Assembly (NCBI GenBank): GCA_015680685.1
Contig: MNCI01001083.1
Location: 15,629-79,628, forward strand
From: Gnetum montanum
Lineage: Eukaryota > Plantae > Gnetophyta
DNA: 64,000 nt
Direction: 5' to 3'
Numbering within the stretch: the stretch's first letter is position 1; each line of letters begins with the position of its first letter. The notes beneath the pieces were generated by a model. It was not told the DNA's origin. It worked only from the letters and a program-made list of their open reading frames with translations, and made no database searches. This document shows positions 12,510-24,537 of this stretch, one piece after another. Both the position numbers and the translations under genes were made by a program.

Positions 12510-14677
12510 CTTTAATTATGCTTCCTATTCTTCATCAATGAAATCCTTTATGGTGAGTACCATCTTGCATCCTGCCAACCCATCACATAATTACTTGATG
12601 CATTTAGTCCTTGCTATAGCCAATGATTCCTCCTTTCTCTTAAGTTGGATTTTCAGAATCTCCATCTGAATTGATCAATCATCCATGTTTTTTTATCAAT
12701 CCTTCTCTTTCCTCTACATAAACAAGATTAAAATTATGAGTTATGAACAAAAAAATAAAATGGAAAGAAGAAAAGGGAAAGAGAAAAGAATAAGAACTAC
12801 TCACTTGAAGCCAGTTGTTATCAATTTAAAGAAACCATTCGAGAGTCTATATATGATGAGCTATTCATTTACCACTCTCCAATTCTCCTAAGAGTTACTT
12901 TAGATCTTTGACAACTTATAGAGAATCCTTGGAAATTGGATGGAAAGATGATGGAACTCTAGCTTGCGCTAATTCATAATCTTCCTTAAAGTCATATGAC
13001 TAGGACTCCTACAGGTGGTAAACATTCTCATGAACAAAATAAGGTTTTTTATTGAGAATTTGTTGGCAAATATGTTAAAGTCATAGAAGTTCTTCTTTCC
13101 CAACCACCACTCTCTATCCTATCAAATAAGGAAAACTTGAGATAGAAAAAGAAGGAATTACTAGAACAAATCCTGGAGCTAGTGCTAGCACCACCTATGG
13201 AAAGGAACCTAGAATCATTGGAGTAGATGGCATGCATGGTGATCTATATGAAGGAATGGAAGATGAATATATAGGATTTGGTTTAGAATTGTTGCTTATA
13301 TCATCCCTTTCCATTCCTTGGATAAAGTACCTCCAACCCAGAGACATCTATGACACAAATAGAATTAACATCATACAAGACAAGGAAAGGGAAGTATTCA
13401 AATACTAAAATAATTAAAACTTACATTTGGTTCTTTTCCATTATCCTGTCTTATACTTTGTTGTTGAGATTCTTATTAGGTTTTTTGTCTAACTACTGAG
13501 CTACTAGAACGTTGCCCAATATGTTGCCTCTATTAAGAAAAAGAATTTATTAGAAAAGCTAGTAAAATAATAAACTAGACTATTATATACACACACACAC
13601 ACACACACACATACACACACACACACACCTTTGAGCTAGTAAGTGTGATTTGTTCTCGTGGTTGAACCCTTCAGAAGGTTGAAGCACCTTGATCACTTTC
13701 AATCTATGTAGTTTGAGCACCTTCTCTTGGAATCTATGCATCTTGTATCGGTTCATTCTACATCCTAGATTTCATTGTTAATGAATACATGAAGAAACAT
13801 AAGTAACAATAGAAATATAAAATACCTCATTGCTTCTCTCTTAATTTCTCACATGTTGCAAAACCAATTAACCTTCTTTCCATCCTCAATCTTACTCTTT
13901 ATAATTCTATCTTCTTTAAGAAATTTAGGACATAAAATGGAATTGTATAAGCTAAAGATTTTGGTCAAAAAATTGTAACTTAGAATTAAACACATGATCA
14001 ATGGTATGCAACATATGGTATATGGTTTACTAGAATTTTGTTTGTTAGCAACAGCTCCACTCATGGCATTATATAAGGTAGAAAAATAAGATAATGACCA
14101 ATCATAAAATCTGCCAATTATGACATAATGAAGTATATAAATGGAAAAAGTAGTAACATAAGATTGATATCATTGTCACAAAACCTTACTATGAATGAAT
14201 TATAATAGTTCAAAGTAAATTTCATTGATGAAATCTCCATGAAGAAATTGGCTTTTTCCAACAGCAAAACTAATAACATAATTAGATAATTATTTTTGAC
14301 AAAAAAATTTAAATTTAGGGAAGAAAATCAATGGAATCAAAGGATCCTCCCTACAATGAAAACATAAGGTTGTTCAAATATCATATGAAAGAACCATTAT
14401 CGGCCCAAAAAAATAATTCAGAAGTGGTGCTTATATTGTTATTATAAAGATTGTAGTATTGAATTATTAAGTCTTTACACTCTTTTGCCTTGATAATAGG
14501 GAATATTAGTAATTCAGATAATTGTAAAGTTGTAAAATATTAAAACTCCTGCTTCCCAAGTAAATCATACATGAGATTGAATGTAGTAACTACACTATTT
14601 TGGTGAAAAAGAATGGACACCGATTTGGAGCTATCTAGAGGTGAAGAAGGAGCATAAGTAGGATGCTTTGGGTCCAT
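12510..14677 (-). pseudogene. Antisense multi-exon PMD-like gene in the chromovirus leader, copy 2
   Basis: ATG 14677, TATAAATA 14790-14797 (minus). GT..AG introns at 13765-13825, 13348-13424 and 12714-12804. Motif YDWSLSYFSTLYNAM. Confidence 0.7.
13588..13628. repeat. (CA)n microsatellite
   Basis: Directly visible; lies in a probable intron of the antisense gene. Confidence 0.95.
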
Positions 14678-15469
14678 GATGATGATGGATAAAATATTTT
14701 GTATTGATGACAGAAATCTTCATGCTTCTTTGCTAATGAAATCCTTCAATATTCCACTAATATTTAGTTATGATGGAAAAAGTCTCTCATATTTATAAAA
14801 GAACAACAATCTTAGCAAGAGTAAAGAGGAAGTATTAACTTAAGTTAATTAATGATTTAATAAAGCTAATGTTAATATTTTATGATTTTTTAATTACTAG
14901 GTACACCAAAATAGGATTATCTCTAGCTCAACACTTGGTGTTCTCTAAGACAATTCTAATGGTACCAATTTCATCAAAATATGACTTACAGTTTGGGAGA
15001 TACAATTTTTGTTGTGTTACATGGAGTTGAAATTAAAGAGGTACTTTTTTAATTTTTAATTTAAATTTCTTTTTGTTTATTTTTAAAAAATAAAGAAATG
15101 GGAAACATGAGGTTGCAAGTTTAATCTCGAGCCCCCAAATATTTATTACTATTAAATAAAAAAAATTAGTAAACCCTTTGGATTGCTTGCAATTAGCCTT
15201 GCACTTGATCATGGTAGGGCTTGTAGGCCCAACTAACAATGTGGTGGCTAGCTAGTAGTTAGTGGTAGCTGGGCTAGTAGCAAGGGTAGCCACCAATCAC
15301 TTACACAACTTTCTTCTAGACTAATGTCCTTCTACTTACTCCACCACCCTCCTACACCATGATTTTGTACTTTCACATATTATCGCTATCCTAGTTGTCA
15401 TGCACACCACCACTCAATCTATCGCTATGTACTATCATCTAGCCATACCACACATTGCCATGACCACCA

Positions 15470-15960
15470 TGTAGTTGCTAGTCCATGGATGTTGACTACA
15501 TCATGGATCAGAGGCACTCCTAGCAGTCCATGGGTATTAATGGTGTAATGAATCATAGGTATCACTAGCACTCTGCTAGCACTAAAGGTGTTATGGATCA
15601 CAAGCATTCTTGGCACTCTGTGGACACTATCGATGCCAAAAAACATACGCACCCCTAGCACTTCATGGGCATTGATGGTGTCATGGATCATAGGCATCAT
15701 TGATGATTCATAGACACCGATGGTGCCATGGATCATAGGCACCTTTGGCAGTGATGGCACTAGGGATTACAGGTACCCCTGGCACTAATGATGCCAATCA
15801 CAGGTATCGTTGGAATTGATGGCATCATTGATCATAGGCATCCTTAGCAACAACAACACTACAAATCACAAGCATCCTTATTACTGACAATGTTGTCAAT
15901 TACATGCATCCCTAACATTGATGACATTGCTAATCATAGCCATTCTCCAATGCTACCATC
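15470..15960. repeat. Degenerate tandem repeats (45-bp units, then ~30-34-bp units)
   Basis: Recurring ggatcataggca..ctggca motif; 15-aa periodicity in ORF 15425..15760. Confidence 0.8.
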
Positions 15961-16927
15961 GATGCCAGATCCAAAAATTATGCTAGCCAAGAGATGGCTA
16001 CATGGATCCCATTTCAGGCCACATAGGCCCTGAAAAGGACCACAAAAGCCTTGGAGAGGATTGTGTAGGTCATAAAGGGGGCCATGCAAGCCCTATTATG
16101 GGCCTTGCAGGCCCTAAGTAAGGCTGCACAAGCCTGGGCTATGTTGCCTAGTGTAGCCCCACCTTTTCTCACTCACTCCATGTAGGCCTGGGTCATGTTG
16201 GCTAATAAAATCCTTACCCATTGGCTTTGCCACCACTGCTACCAATGTGCATCTTTGCCTATTGCTACCCTCCTCTATGTTCCTTTCCTCTCCATCATTC
16301 TTGTTCGACAGTTGGCCTACTTCCAGCAACAAAAGAATTGTTTCATCAATTGATGAGAAATTTCAAATTTTTGACAACTGATGGAAATATTGAAATTGTC
16401 ATTAACTAATGAGAAATTCAAATTCCCCATTGTTGATGCATTGATTTAAATCAAAAACATGCAAAAATAAAATTTAGAATTCAAATTTGACACCGTATTA
16501 ATCAAAACTAAAAATTCTATAATTAAATACACTCGATGTGGTGTAGAATTGGAATGGATGACCGCTTGGAAAGTCTCAAAAATCATGTAAGTTTTTGAAA
16601 AATTTAAAATGGCCATAACTTTTGAATTTTCAGCCCATTTTCAACCAAATGATAACTAATTCCAATAGAATTGAACCTTTCAAAGGCAATGAAATGATCA
16701 GATTTAGCCTTTAGACAACAAAAAATTACATTTTAATCCCTTAATTAAGGTCCTAGAATAATTAGGATTCCATGATCAAATAGAAATCCATGACAGTTTC
16801 AACTTCTTATGTAATCAATTAACTATTTTGAGATCCATAAAAAGGGCCCTAGATGCCAAGGATTCTCAACATGCCTAATTTCTTCAAGTTACCGATGTTT
16901 GGAACCTAAAGAATACATTGGAGAGTG

Positions 16928-19900
16928 ATGGAGGCTTGAGTCAATGACTAAATGAATGCCCTTGAGGATCAAATTAATGAGATCATAGGTGTTCAAGAAG
17001 AGCTTTGTTAGTCTAATTAAGGGGTTAGGGCAAAGATGCACAAAATTATCTCAGATATTATAGGATAAATGATTAGAAATGCAAGGAAAGATAGATTCCT
17101 TTGTAGACTTCATCAAGCAATTAAGACATCATCTTACTTAGCCTTCAAATCCTAGCCATGTTCCACCTAGATATCAACATCAACATCAAGATCAACTTCC
17201 CCCAAGGGATCCACATTGAAACCAACCCTCACGTTTTGGTCACCAGGACACTAATATCACTTGTTTAGGTCATATAGTAGAAACCAAAGCTAAGGGATAT
17301 TAGAATTGACATAATAAATCCAGAGAATCATTGACTATAGTTCATGCGAAAAAAGTAAAATTAGACCATTATGATGGAGCCCATGGATCCTATGGCAAGG
17401 TGAAAGATTGGCTTAAGACAATGAAAAATTACTTTGATATGCTAAATCTATCAAGTCAAGAATGCTTAGAAGTTGTTTCCTTGTATTTCATAGGAATTTC
17501 AGGAACATGGTGGAATGGATTGAGATTTAAAGGTTTGATTATAAATTGGCTGAATTTTTTTTGAGATTTTGAATAAAAATTTGTACCTAATTCTTTCCTC
17601 AAAAAGTAAAAAATGAGATTTGATTTCTTAAGATTGGAAAGATAATCTATAGGAGATTACTACAAGGAATTCTATGATGTCTCTTGGTATGTAAGCCACC
17701 GGGATGAGGGAGAATTAGCTTTAAAGTTCATTAGTGGATTATGTGCATAATTGTGTCCACAAACAAAAGCACATAATCCTCAAATAGTGGATGAAGCATA
17801 TAGAATTGCTAAGGATTATGAAGAATTGAATCAAGTATGAACTACCCTTTGTTAATAAACTCTTTGATACACTACCCTTCCACAAGCAATGGTAGAAGAA
17901 ACACCAACCAAAATAACTTGATTAGGATTAAGATGTTTTTCTTATGACAAAGATCAATTCAAATGAGACTATGCAAAACTACAAACAAAGGTACCAAGGA
18001 CCAATCAAATCAAGAGTAAAAAACCCAACCCAAACATGAAAAAACAAAAAATCCTAGTCACTACCATAATCGTGAATATATATCTGCATCAACTAAATCA
18101 AATTTATGTAAATTTTAATTTGCTTTGTTGATTTTTGAAGGTTCAATTAAAAGTAAACAAATTAAACTTTTGATTGATAGTGGTGTTAGTGATAACTTTA
18201 TTTCTCCAAAGTTAATTAATTTATTGAAATTATGTTTACCTTCCATGAAAATTATTAAGCTGGAACTTGTAGATGGAATGACCATGAGCAAGAATACCAA
18301 GTATGAAGATATTAACTTTGTAAGACATGTCTTTCATTGATGAATTCTTTGAAATTAAACTAGGTTATGTCGATGTAATTTTAGGAATGTCTTGCAAAAA
18401 TTTGATATTATTGGTCACTTTGGAACTCATATTTTAAAACTCCCAACCACTAACAAAGTCAAGGTGCTAAGTGCAGTAAGAACAAAAACGAAAATTCACA
18501 CAATAACCATTAAGCAAGCCAAAAGATTAGTCAAAAATGATGCTACAATGTTGGTTGTCAAAGTAACCTAACCTCAAAATATTCAAGTATTAAGATTCTA
18601 AAAGAACTTGAGGAATATAAAGATTTAATATTTGGTGAAACTAGAGAACTACCTTCAAAAGGAACTATCAAACATGCTATTGATATTTTTCCTTGTACAA
18701 AACCTATTTCAAAAGCCCATTATACATTTTCCACTTCTAAATTAAGAGAATTAAAATTACAATTAGATCAACTATTGGAAAAAGGGAAAATTCAACCTAA
18801 CGTATCACCTTGGGGTGTACTAGTCTTATTCATTAAAAAGTAAGATGGTACATTAAGATTATGGATCGATTATAGAGCTTTGAATAAAGTGATGATTAAA
18901 ATTTTTTATCCTTTTCCTAGAATTGATGATTTATTTGATCAACTTACAAGTGCATGTTATTTTTCAAAGATTGATTTAAAATGACGTTATCATCAAATAA
19001 GGATTAAGGAGAAAGATATTGAGAAAATTACTTTCAGAAGTAGGTATGAATTATATGAATTTGTTTGATGCCATTTGGATTAACTAATGTACTTGCAACA
19101 TTCATCACATTAATGAATAGTATTTTTTGTGAATATCTTGATCAGTTTGTTATAGTAATTATGGATGATATACTTATTTATTCCAAGTCAAGAGAAGAAC
19201 ATGTCAAACATTTGAAAATTACAATGAAAATTCTTAAAGATCATCAGTAGAAAGCTAAATTACGTAAATGTGAACTCTTTAAAGAAGAAGTATCTTATTT
19301 GGATCATATAGTTTCTAAGAAGGATTACATGTATATCTAGAAAAAGTTAGTGAAATTTGGGTTTGGCTTGAATTAAAAGATGCTATAGCTATTTGTAGTT
19401 TTTTGGGCTTACCAAGTTTTTATTGACATTTCATTAAAGATTATTCTACTTTGGTAGTCCCCTTAATTGACCTTTTGTAAGAAAAGCGCATGTTAAAATT
19501 TGATGAGAAATGTAGGAAAGCTTTCCTCACATTAAAGATGTTACTTACAACAACATCTATTCAAAGAATTTCAAATCAAGAATTTTCATTTGAGGTATCC
19601 ATTGATGCATAAGGAATAGGAATCAGCAAGGTTCTTTCACAAGAAGATAAAGTGGTATGTTATGATTTTCATAAATTATGAGGAGCTGAGGTAAATTACT
19701 CAATCCATGATTTAGAATTACTAGTAATTTTTCATGCTCTAAAATTTTAGAGAAATTATCTTTGTGGAAAAAGGTTTGTGGTAAAAGCAGATCATAAAAG
19801 TTTAGAATATTTGTAGAGATAGCCTATGTTGAATACTTGTCAATGGTGATGGATAGAACTATTGGTTGAATATGATATTGAAATCAAATATATTCTTGGT

Positions 19901-21380
19901 AAACAAAATTTTGTAGTCGATACTCTTAGTCAAATGTGGAACTTGATGATAGGTGTGTTAATGACCTATAGAAGAAGAAATTAAGGAATGGACAAAAGAA
20001 GATACTTATTTCAAGAAGATTCTAACCAATAGTTCATCTAAGCCTCAATATCAAATTTCTTCTAATGTTTTATTGATGAAAGGACAAAGAGTGTGCATTC
20101 TAGAAGGAAATTGGAGACTAAGGTTATTGTGTAAAGCACATGAAGTACCATATGTAGGACACCTAGGTTATATTAAGACTTATATGATATTACAAAAATC
20201 TTATTTATAGCCTAGAACGAAGAATGATATGTCCTCATACATTAAAAACTGTTCAAAATGCCAAAGAATAAAAGCTAAATAAAAGAAACCTAGTGGATTA
20301 TTAAAACCTTTGGAAGTTCCAACCTGGAAATGGAAAGACATTACCATGGATTTCATTATAGGATTGCCAATAACCAAAAAGAAAAATGAATGGATTTTGG
20401 TAGTGGTTGATCATCTATCAAAGATGGTACATTTTATAGCTTTAAAATATACAAACACAACTAAAGAAGTAGCCTAAAAATTTGTACAAGAAGTATTTAG
20501 ATAACATGGATGTCCAAAATACATCACTTGGGACTAAGATCCAAAGTTCATATCTAAATTCTAGCAAACTTTCTTCAAAGAGCTTAGAACCTAGTTGAAA
20601 TTTAGCACAACTTACCACCTAAACATTAATTGGCAAGCAAAATGTATGAATAGAATACTAGAAGATATTCTAAAAATGATATGTTGGAAGTAGACCAAAA
20701 ATGTGGGAGAATTATTTTAACTTGGTAGAGTTTACCCATGATAATAATTATCAAGGTTCCATGCATTGAACACCATTCGAAGTAGTATATGGATAGAACT
20801 GTCATATACCGCTAACTTGGATAGATCCAACATTAAGAATGAAGTTGAAGTAAGAAGAAATGAAAATAATGGAAAATACTATTACAAGAGTTAAAAAAAA
20901 TTTACAAGCTACCCAAGATAAATATAAGGGATCTGAAAATTAACATTGGCTTAAGAAAGAATTCCAAGTGGAAGATTAAGTACTCTTGAGAGTAAAACCT
21001 ACTAAAAGTTCTGTTAAACATGGAAAATATACTAAATTGGCACCCAGATATTGTGGACCCTTTGAAATTTTTTAAAGAATTTGTGAAGCACCATATCAAT
21101 TAAATATTCTATCAACCTTAAGAATTCATCCAATTTTCCATGTAAGTTTGTTAAATAAATTTTATGTAAATGATGTGCCATATGTGTTGGACTCGAATAC
21201 TTTGCCCCTATGATCCAACACCAGCTTTGAAGTTGAACCCATTGTAATTAGGAACCATTAAACCAAGAATTTATGAAATAAAACTATTAGGGAAGTACCT
21301 CTTCAATGGTCAAATTGTAATTAGAAAACTTGGGAAAATAGGAAGTTTATTCTTAATACTTATCCCCAAATTTTTTTATC
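16928..21380 (+). pseudogene. gag-pol with chromodomain, copy 2
   Basis: Gag KVKDWLKTMKNYF; PR LLIDSGVSDNFI; RT MPFGLTN, VIMDDILIYS; INT TMDFI, YCGPFEI; colinear with copy 1. Confidence 0.93.
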
Positions 21381-21580
21381 ATTATGATATTGAATGATCA
21401 ATTGTGTTTATTATTAATGTAATAAATTATATTTTATAATTTTTGATCTTTTATTTATATAGATGGTAATGAGGGTAACAAAGAAGATGAAGCTGAGGAG
21501 CATAATGAAGAAACAACAGCTAATTAGTTGGAGATAGAGGAAGTAGTTGAGGATGAGCTGGATACTTAAGGGGGGTAGAT

Positions 21581-22093
21581 TGTAATGTCCCATCCCTTGT
21601 TAAGGGAGGAAACAAATTGTAATAATGTAATTAATCTTAAAATGAAGGGGTACCTCATTATGAGGAGTTATAATTATTCATGTATCCCTTGGGAATGGGT
21701 TTGACCTACGCCATTAAGCTCAATTTTAGAGCTCATGTAGGCATGGAGTTGTACAGTCTAGAAAGGCAAGTAATGGGAGCTAGGTGAAGTGGGACAAGAA
21801 GGGACTAATCACACATTTGGCTGGATAGCTTAACTGTGGTGGCAGTGCTAGATTGCCTCTAAGGCTTAAGTGGCATGGAAAGATAAGCTAGAGGACATTA
21901 GACTACTCTCTATTATTAATAAATTTTTTTCATTTTTCTTTCCTATTTCAAGTATCAGTTATTCATTTACTATTTGATTCATTTATTAATTATTTTATGA
22001 TGTTTCCATTATATCACTTATGAATGCGGTGAAAGTAAAGAGTTAAGCAATGAATGAACATGTTTTTAGGACATCTAGGAATGGGATGTCACA
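21581..22093 (+). repeat. 3' LTR of chromovirus copy 2
   Basis: TGTAATGTCCCAT..ATGGGATGTCACA, preceded by PPT AAGGGGGGTAGAT. Confidence 0.92.
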
Positions 22094-22388
22094 CTAGGTG
22101 AAGTGGGAAAAGAAGGGACTAATTACCCCTTCAACTAGATAGTTTAACCATGTTGGAAATGCTAGATTTCCTTTAAGGCTTAAGTGGCATGGGAAGATAA
22201 CCTAGAGGAAATTATAGAATACCACTCTAATTAATAAAATATTTCTCTATATTTTTCTTTTCCTATTTCATGTACCAGTCATTCATTTATCAAGCATTTT
22301 ATGGTATTTCCATTATAATGCTTACAAATGCGATGAATTAAAGGATGAAAGAACATGTTTTTACAACATCTAGGAATGGGATGTCACA
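22094..22388 (+). repeat. 3' half of another chromovirus LTR
   Basis: Corresponds to 21780-22093 with substitutions and an indel; ends GGAATGGGATGTCACA. Confidence 0.85.
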
Positions 22389-23640
22389 CTAGTGTTGTAG
22401 CATATAATATTAATGCAACTACAATACATTCTACATTAAAGATTAAAATTGGGAAGTAGAAACCACTTACTACATCAACTTTGACATTAGTACAAAATAG
22501 ATATATATAGATAAAATGAGTTTTGTATGTGGAAAATTACTTAGCAACATTAATAGAAGGGTTAATAAAATATTTTCAGATAAATGATTAAATATTTTTT
22601 ATCTAGATCAATGATACTCATTGGAGGTCTTGCACAACTTCCACTTGTGAAAGATGTTATACTATACATATCATATTAGATCCATGTAAAACATTTATGG
22701 TTAGTAGTCAATACATTTGTAACCTTGGATGTTGTATATCAACAAAGGAAAGATGATCCATGATAATAATGATTTAGAGAATTTTTGATGAATATAGGAG
22801 AAGAAAAGATCAATGATAATTATGATGAATTTTTAAGCTTGGGAATGGAGATTCTATTGACATTATAGGCAAGATGTGTTTGAGGTTTATATGCATTTTT
22901 TAATAAAAAGGATAAGATTCATATGCAAAATAAAAAGGTATTGCTAAAAATGTAGAAATTAGTTGCATAGTGAATAGTAGCTAGAAATAAAAATGATATT
23001 AGATTCTAGAATTATGAAGAAGGAGAATAAGATTGAGTTGTATTTACCTACAAAAAAACAAGAGGTATGCTTACTAGTAATCTATGACCAAAAGAAGGAT
23101 TCATTAATTATACATTAGAAGTCATTATAAAAATAGTGATTCTAGGATGAATAAAAATAAGAATTAGATCGAGTTGTGGTTCTCTATGAAATAGAACTGA
23201 TTATTCTTATTGTTAATCTATGACTAGATGTAGGATTGGTTAATTATACATTAGAATTCATTAAGAAAATAATTTACTATCCCCACTATAAACTTGCACA
23301 ACTACCATAATATGTTATGATGTGTTTGACTATTAGATTGAAATACCATATGATTATGAACATCCTTTATAAGTATCCATTGCATCAATCATACATGAAG
23401 GATATTGCTAACTACCATGAAGATTAGCATGAGCTTTAACTATACATAATTCATAGGGAATGACCATAGAGAAATCATGCATAGATGTTGGTAGTAAAAA
23501 AATAGATCTTACATTTGTAGCACTATTTTGAGTAAAGTTTATTGATAGTTTGAAGATACTCTCTTTAAGTTCCAAAGAAATATACATCAAGATATCAAAG
23601 GTTTCTCACATTCAATGTAGATTGGATGAAGAGTAGCCTA
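22389..23640 (+). pseudogene. PIF1-family helicase remnant (Helitron-like)
   Basis: Ordered motifs: (T)SVVAYNINATTIHSTLKI (~22390), DKMSFV (~22510), ILIGGLAQLPLVK (22614), LP*RLA*ALTIHNS*GMT..DLTFVALF*VK (~23410-23536). Confidence 0.8.
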
Positions 23641-23998
23641 TTAAGTCTAATGGAGAAAGAGTTTACAATTTATGTGATGATGCATTTTTACTATTGTAGA
23701 TCTTAGAACGTTTATGATTATGATTTTTTTCAAATAAAAAAGTTTGAAAATTGATTAGTCATGATCTACTTTAACCTAGTTTTAGTTTTTGAATAATGAA
23801 CTTCATGTTCTTACAAGTTACTCTATTCTTTATTTATAGTTTCATGAATTATTTCTAACTGTAGAAAAACATTCTATAACTAAATAACTACCCTTGAAAA
23901 ATTGGATTGAATTGATGTAAAACAATAGATAGAATCTTTTTAATTTCTTGTATTTAAATGATCTCTCTAAGATCTAACTAACAACTAATAACCTATTA

Positions 23999-24537
23999 TA
24001 TATTTATTATATATATCTATAATTTAACTAAGAGAATCTTCTTTGTTAATAAGTAATAAGCTATTTAAGTCAAATATTTCACAACTTCTTAACAAGGAAT
24101 AAAAAGTATGAATTATAATTCTCATGGCTTCTAGATGATGAAAAATATTTGTATATCAAAGTTTTCATAATGATAGAATCAAAAAAATAATGTTTGCCTT
24201 ATTTATCATATGTTCTTATTCTTAGGCTTATTTGTATTGTCTATTAGAGAGTATAAAAAAGAACAAATCCGACTAAGTAAGAACATATGATAAATGTTGT
24301 AAATATTTTTTCTTGATCCTATCATTGCAAAAAAATTAATATAAAAATCCTATTCTTCATCTAAAGTCATGAAAATTAGAATCATAAATCTTGTTGTTCA
24401 TCTAGAATACATGATAATTATAATTCATAAATATTAGTCTTCATGTAGGAGTCATGAAATATTTAACTAAAATATCTTACTACTTATTAATGAAGAAGAT
24501 TATATAAGCCAAATTATAGATATATATTATAAATATA
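23999..24537. mobile_element. Long imperfect inverted repeat (foldback / MITE-like)
   Basis: Arms pair: tatatatctataattt/aaattatagatatata, aatcttctttgttaataagta/tacttattaatgaagaagatt, atttatcatatgttctta/taagaacatatgataaat. Short central loop at ~24235-24260. Confidence 0.8.

Larger units (their letters stand above)
10764..22093 (+). mobile_element. Chromovirus copy 2, full length, decayed
   Basis: LTR, PBS, long leader, gag-pol-chromodomain, PPT (21568-21579), LTR. Confidence 0.92.
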
